Assembly (NCBI GenBank): GCA_036404455.1
Contig: DASWZM010000126.1
Coordinates: forward strand, 1-39,258
Length of the DNA: 39,258 nt
Direction of reading: 5' to 3'
Origin: Terracidiphilus sp.
GTDB lineage: Bacteria > Acidobacteriota > Terriglobia > Terriglobales > Acidobacteriaceae
A program made the position numbers and the translations under genes. Shown here one piece after another: positions 36,041 through 39,258 of this stretch (position 1 is its first letter; every line of letters starts with the position of its first letter). Below the pieces are notes generated by a model. That model ran no database searches and had not been told where the DNA came from. It saw only the letters and a list, made by a program, of their open reading frames with translations.

Positions 36041-36922
36041 ATGTCCTGGTTCAAGCGTGAAGATGGCGAGTACGAATCCGGTCCTGGCGGCAACGGTACC
36101 CCGGATGCCGGCAGAAGAAAAGTTCGCACAGAAGGCCTGTGGACCAAATGCCTCGGCTGCCGCCAGACCATCTTCAAGGCCGACCTCGAAGCCAATCTCA
36201 ACGTCTGCCCAAAGTGCCAGCACCACTTCAAGATTGGCGCCCGCCAACGCATCGACATGCTGCTCGAACCCGGCTATGAACTGGTAGACACCGGCCTGCG
36301 CTCCACTGACCCGCTCAACTTCACTGACGTAAAGCCTTACAAGAAACGGCTCCGCGCTGCCCAGGAAGCTACCGGCCTCGACGATGCCATCCTCAACGCA
36401 CTCGGACAGCTGGGCCCACACTCCGTCGTCCTCAGCGCCATGGAATACGGCTTCATCGGCGGCTCCATGGGCGCCGTGGTCGGAGAGACCATCGCCCGCG
36501 CCGTCGACCGCGCACGGCTCGGCCGCAAGCCGCTCATCGTCGTCGCGGCCTCAGGCGGCGCGCGCATGATGGAGGGCGTGGTCAGCCTCATGCAGATGGC
36601 CAAGATCTCCACCGCTCTCGCCCAGTTGGACGACGCCAAGGTCCCCTACCTCTGTGTGCTCACCGATCCCACCACCGGCGGCGTCACCGCCAGCTTTGCC
36701 ATGCTGGGCGACCTCAACATCGCCGAGCCCGGCGCCCTCATCGGCTTTGCAGGTCCCCGCGTCATCGAGCAGACCATCCGCCAGAAACTCCCCGAAGGCT
36801 TCCAGCGCTCGGAGTTCCTGCTCGAAAAAGGCTTCCTCGACGCCGTCGTCCATCGCCGCGACCTGAAATCCTATTTGATTCGCGCGTTGGACTTCCTCAA
36901 TATTGCTTGCAGTCAGGCTTAG
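36041..36922 (+). CDS. accD: Acetyl-CoA carboxylase carboxyltransferase beta subunit
   Basis: Zinc ribbon GLWTKCLGC...VCPKC, FIGGSMG, SGGARMMEG, PTTGGVTASFA and IGFAGPRVIEQT. Confidence 0.97.
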   Translation: MSWFKREDGEYESGPGGNGTPDAGRRKVRTEGLWTKCLGCRQTIFKADLEANLNVCPKCQHHFKIGARQRIDMLLEPGYELVDTGLRSTDPLNFTDVKPYKKRLRAAQEATGLDDAILNALGQLGPHSVVLSAMEYGFIGGSMGAVVGETIARAVDRARLGRKPLIVVAASGGARMMEGVVSLMQMAKISTALAQLDDAKVPYLCVLTDPTTGGVTASFAMLGDLNIAEPGALIGFAGPRVIEQTIRQKLPEGFQRSEFLLEKGFLDAVVHRRDLKSYLIRALDFLNIACSQA

Positions 36923-37331
36923 CGGCGGTTGGCTTCCAACCCTCCGGCTCGATCGCAAATCAACACATGCGCAGCTCCACCCAGGAGTCCATCGCCTCCC
37001 TCCTCGGCCTTGCCTCTTTGGCCTTTCCGATGGCCGCAGCCGTTTCTCCGCGAGCACACCGCAACTCCTCGCTATCCGGAGAATGTCCTCATTTTCATAG
37101 AATGATCTACAGATTCTAAGAGATTGAGCAGTTTATCTCATTGATTCGTCCACAAAAACAGGCTATTGTCAGCATTTTCACAGGGATGGCTCGATTGGCC
37201 TCAGACGTGCAATAACCCCAGATGAGGTCCGGGGCTGGTGGGCTCCCTCTAGCTCGCCTCTTTTATCAAATTCTTGAAAACTCAGGCTTCATTTGTTCTC
37301 TCGCCGTATCCACCGATCTTCGGAGGTAATT

Positions 37332-39258
37332 ATGACACGATCCAAGCGAAGCCTCGCGGCATTCGTCCTTTTTGTCCTGGCGGCCACTTGCGCTCTGGGG
37401 CAAACCTCGAATGGAACCCTCGCGGGCACGGTAACCGACCCCAGTGGTGCGGCAGTGGTAGGGGCCGCGGTCAGCCTCAAATCCCTGGATACCGAAGCAG
37501 TCCGCACCACCCTGACCATCAGCAACGGTTCGTACCGGATCGAGTCGGTTCCTCCTGGAACGTACAGCGTTACCGTGAAAGCCGCCGGTTTTGCCGAGAC
37601 CGTCGTCGATGGCCTCAGCATCCCTGCCTCCGTCATCACCACCAGCGACGTCGTCCTCAAGCTGGGCACCAAGAGCGATGTCGTCGAGGTCAAGGCTGAC
37701 AACAGCTCAATTAACACCGATAATGCCCAGATCAGTGGAACCATCAGCACAGCCGAGATTTCGAATCTGCCGCTGAACAGCCTCAGTGCTTATTCGATGG
37801 CGCTGACCTTGCCCGGCGTCACATCGGCGGAGCAGGGCGGATTCAGCAACGGCGTCAATTTCACCGTGGGCGGGGGCCGTCCGCGCGCCAACAACTTCCT
37901 CATTGAAGGCCAGGACAACAACGACGCCGGAATCATGGGCCAGGGCCTGCAGCCGGAGAACATCGAAGCTCAGAAGGAAATCATCATCATCGAGAACGAC
38001 TACACCTCTGAGTACGGCCATGGCGCCGGGTCGGTCTCGAACCTGATCTTCAAGAGCGGCACAAACCAGTTTCACGGCTCGGTCTTTGAGCGCTTGCTCA
38101 ACTCTTCGATCGACGCCAACGATCACTACAATGTTCGCAACGATATCCCAAAAGCTCTCTACCGTGAGAACATCTTCGGCTTCTCGATTGGCGGCCCGAT
38201 TGTTCGGAATAAACTCTTTGCCTTCGGTTCCTACCAGTGGGACAACTATCGCGCCACGGCAAACTTGAGTACCTTGACGGTGCCGTCCACTGCTGGTTTC
38301 GCCACTTTGAACGCCCTGCCCTCGAACCCACGTCTCAGCAATCTGATCGAGGCTTACGGCGATCTGGTAGGCAACCCCGCGCAGCTTCTGGCGGCCGGCG
38401 GCCAGGATACCATTGCCCTTGGCGCGGATCCGGTCACCGGCATGGATCGCGGCACCGTTCAGATTGGTTACACGCAACGCCGGCTGGGAGATCTGAGCAA
38501 CTCCCCCGAATTGGACCTGAAGGGCGATTACATACCCGGCAGCAAAGATACCGTCAGCCTGCGATACATCCGCACCACCTATCTGACACCCTACGACACG
38601 GGCAATTTCCCCGGACAGCTCCCCGGGTTCGACACTGACCAGAATGGCGCCTCGCATAACGCCGGCATTGTCGAAACTCATATATTCAACCCCAATCTTC
38701 TCAATGAATTCCGTGTCTCCTATGGGCGCATCGGCTTTATCTTTGGCCTGCCCTCCAGCACCACTTCGGACTCGCTCTTTGGAACCCCCGGCGTCTCAGT
38801 CAGCAGCCTTACCGGCTACGGCATTCCAACCAACGTCCCCCAGGGCCGCTTCCATAACACCTACCAGTTCCAGGATTCGGTCAGCTGGACCCATGGAAAG
38901 CACTTCGTCAAGGTGGGTACCGACATCTCCGATACCCGCGTCCGCGACGCGATTCCCTTTAATTTCTATGGAACCATCAGCTATGCGGACGTACCCGGCG
39001 GCTATACCGGACTGGCCAACCTGATCGACGATTTCGGCGGAAAGGGCTCGATCAGCCAGAACTTCGGCAGCCCGACCGCGCGTCCACGACTGGTCTCGCA
39101 AAACTACTTTGCCCAGGACACCTGGAAAGCCACTCAGAATCTGAGCCTGGATATTGGCTTCCGTTACGAGTACAACGGCGCGCCTTTCAATGCTCCTGGA
39201 ACGCCCTACCCAGGCATCGATTACGGCAACGCGGCCTGCTTCCCTTCCCCGGGTGTGA
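37332..39258 (+). CDS. TonB-dependent receptor, Oar-like (3' end outside window)
   Basis: GGAGG RBS and ATG at 37332; translates MTRSKRSLAAFVLFVLAATCALGQTSNGTLAGTVTDPSGAAV..., GGRPRANNFLIEGQDNND and KSGTNQFHGS. The frame appears open to the window edge, which explains its absence from the ORF track. Confidence 0.9.
   Translation, partial: MTRSKRSLAAFVLFVLAATCALGQTSNGTLAGTVTDPSGAAVVGAAVSLKSLDTEAVRTTLTISNGSYRIESVPPGTYSVTVKAAGFAETVVDGLSIPASVITTSDVVLKLGTKSDVVEVKADNSSINTDNAQISGTISTAEISNLPLNSLSAYSMALTLPGVTSAEQGGFSNGVNFTVGGGRPRANNFLIEGQDNNDAGIMGQGLQPENIEAQKEIIIIENDYTSEYGHGAGSVSNLIFKSGTNQFHGSVFERLLNSSIDANDHYNVRNDIPKALYRENIFGFSIGGPIVRNKLFAFGSYQWDNYRATANLSTLTVPSTAGFATLNALPSNPRLSNLIEAYGDLVGNPAQLLAAGGQDTIALGADPVTGMDRGTVQIGYTQRRLGDLSNSPELDLKGDYIPGSKDTVSLRYIRTTYLTPYDTGNFPGQLPGFDTDQNGASHNAGIVETHIFNPNLLNEFRVSYGRIGFIFGLPSSTTSDSLFGTPGVSVSSLTGYGIPTNVPQGRFHNTYQFQDSVSWTHGKHFVKVGTDISDTRVRDAIPFNFYGTISYADVPGGYTGLANLIDDFGGKGSISQNFGSPTARPRLVSQNYFAQDTWKATQNLSLDIGFRYEYNGAPFNAPGTPYPGIDYGNAACFPSPGV

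Noticed and set aside
34395-37331. Cobalamin-uptake locus (cobO between two TonB receptors) or a B12 riboswitch
   Set aside because: The receptors are Oar-type rather than BtuB-like, I see no B12-box in either leader, and cobO is embedded among housekeeping genes.
1-39258. CRISPR array, tRNA/rRNA, prophage, autonomous transposon or known defence system
   Set aside because: No regularly spaced repeat-spacer units, cloverleafs, integrase/transposase motifs or defence-domain motifs were recognised by eye.

Overview
A high-GC bacterial chromosomal segment whose gene content points to Acidobacteriota (inference from Oar-type TonB-dependent receptors, a GWxTD protein, a membrane-tethered wHTH regulator and the repeat families). 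It holds about 30 CDSs. Housekeeping genes are hpnI, glyA, nadD, rsfS, rlmH, cobO/btuR, accD, an AlkA-type glycosylase, VKOR and an aldehyde dehydrogenase. Carbohydrate-active genes are a GH57/DUF3536, a Tat-exported DUF5054 and a GH2. I found no tRNA, rRNA, CRISPR array, transposase or phage genes. Five features stand out. (1) An uncharacterised three-gene Cys-rich operon at 9852-12731 encodes a DUF1360-like CxxC membrane protein, an MSCCG small protein and a 719-aa Cys/Trp-rich protein. (2) A palindromic REP-like element is inserted in frame in hpnI and has a non-coding sister copy at about 8683-8768. (3) A TonB receptor + GWxTD cassette splits the usual nadD-rsfS-rlmH cluster. (4) A small MITE with perfect 15-bp inverted ends lies at 18890-19017. 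(5) A structured ncRNA candidate lies at 17274-17329. All family names come from recognising motifs by eye, not from database searches.
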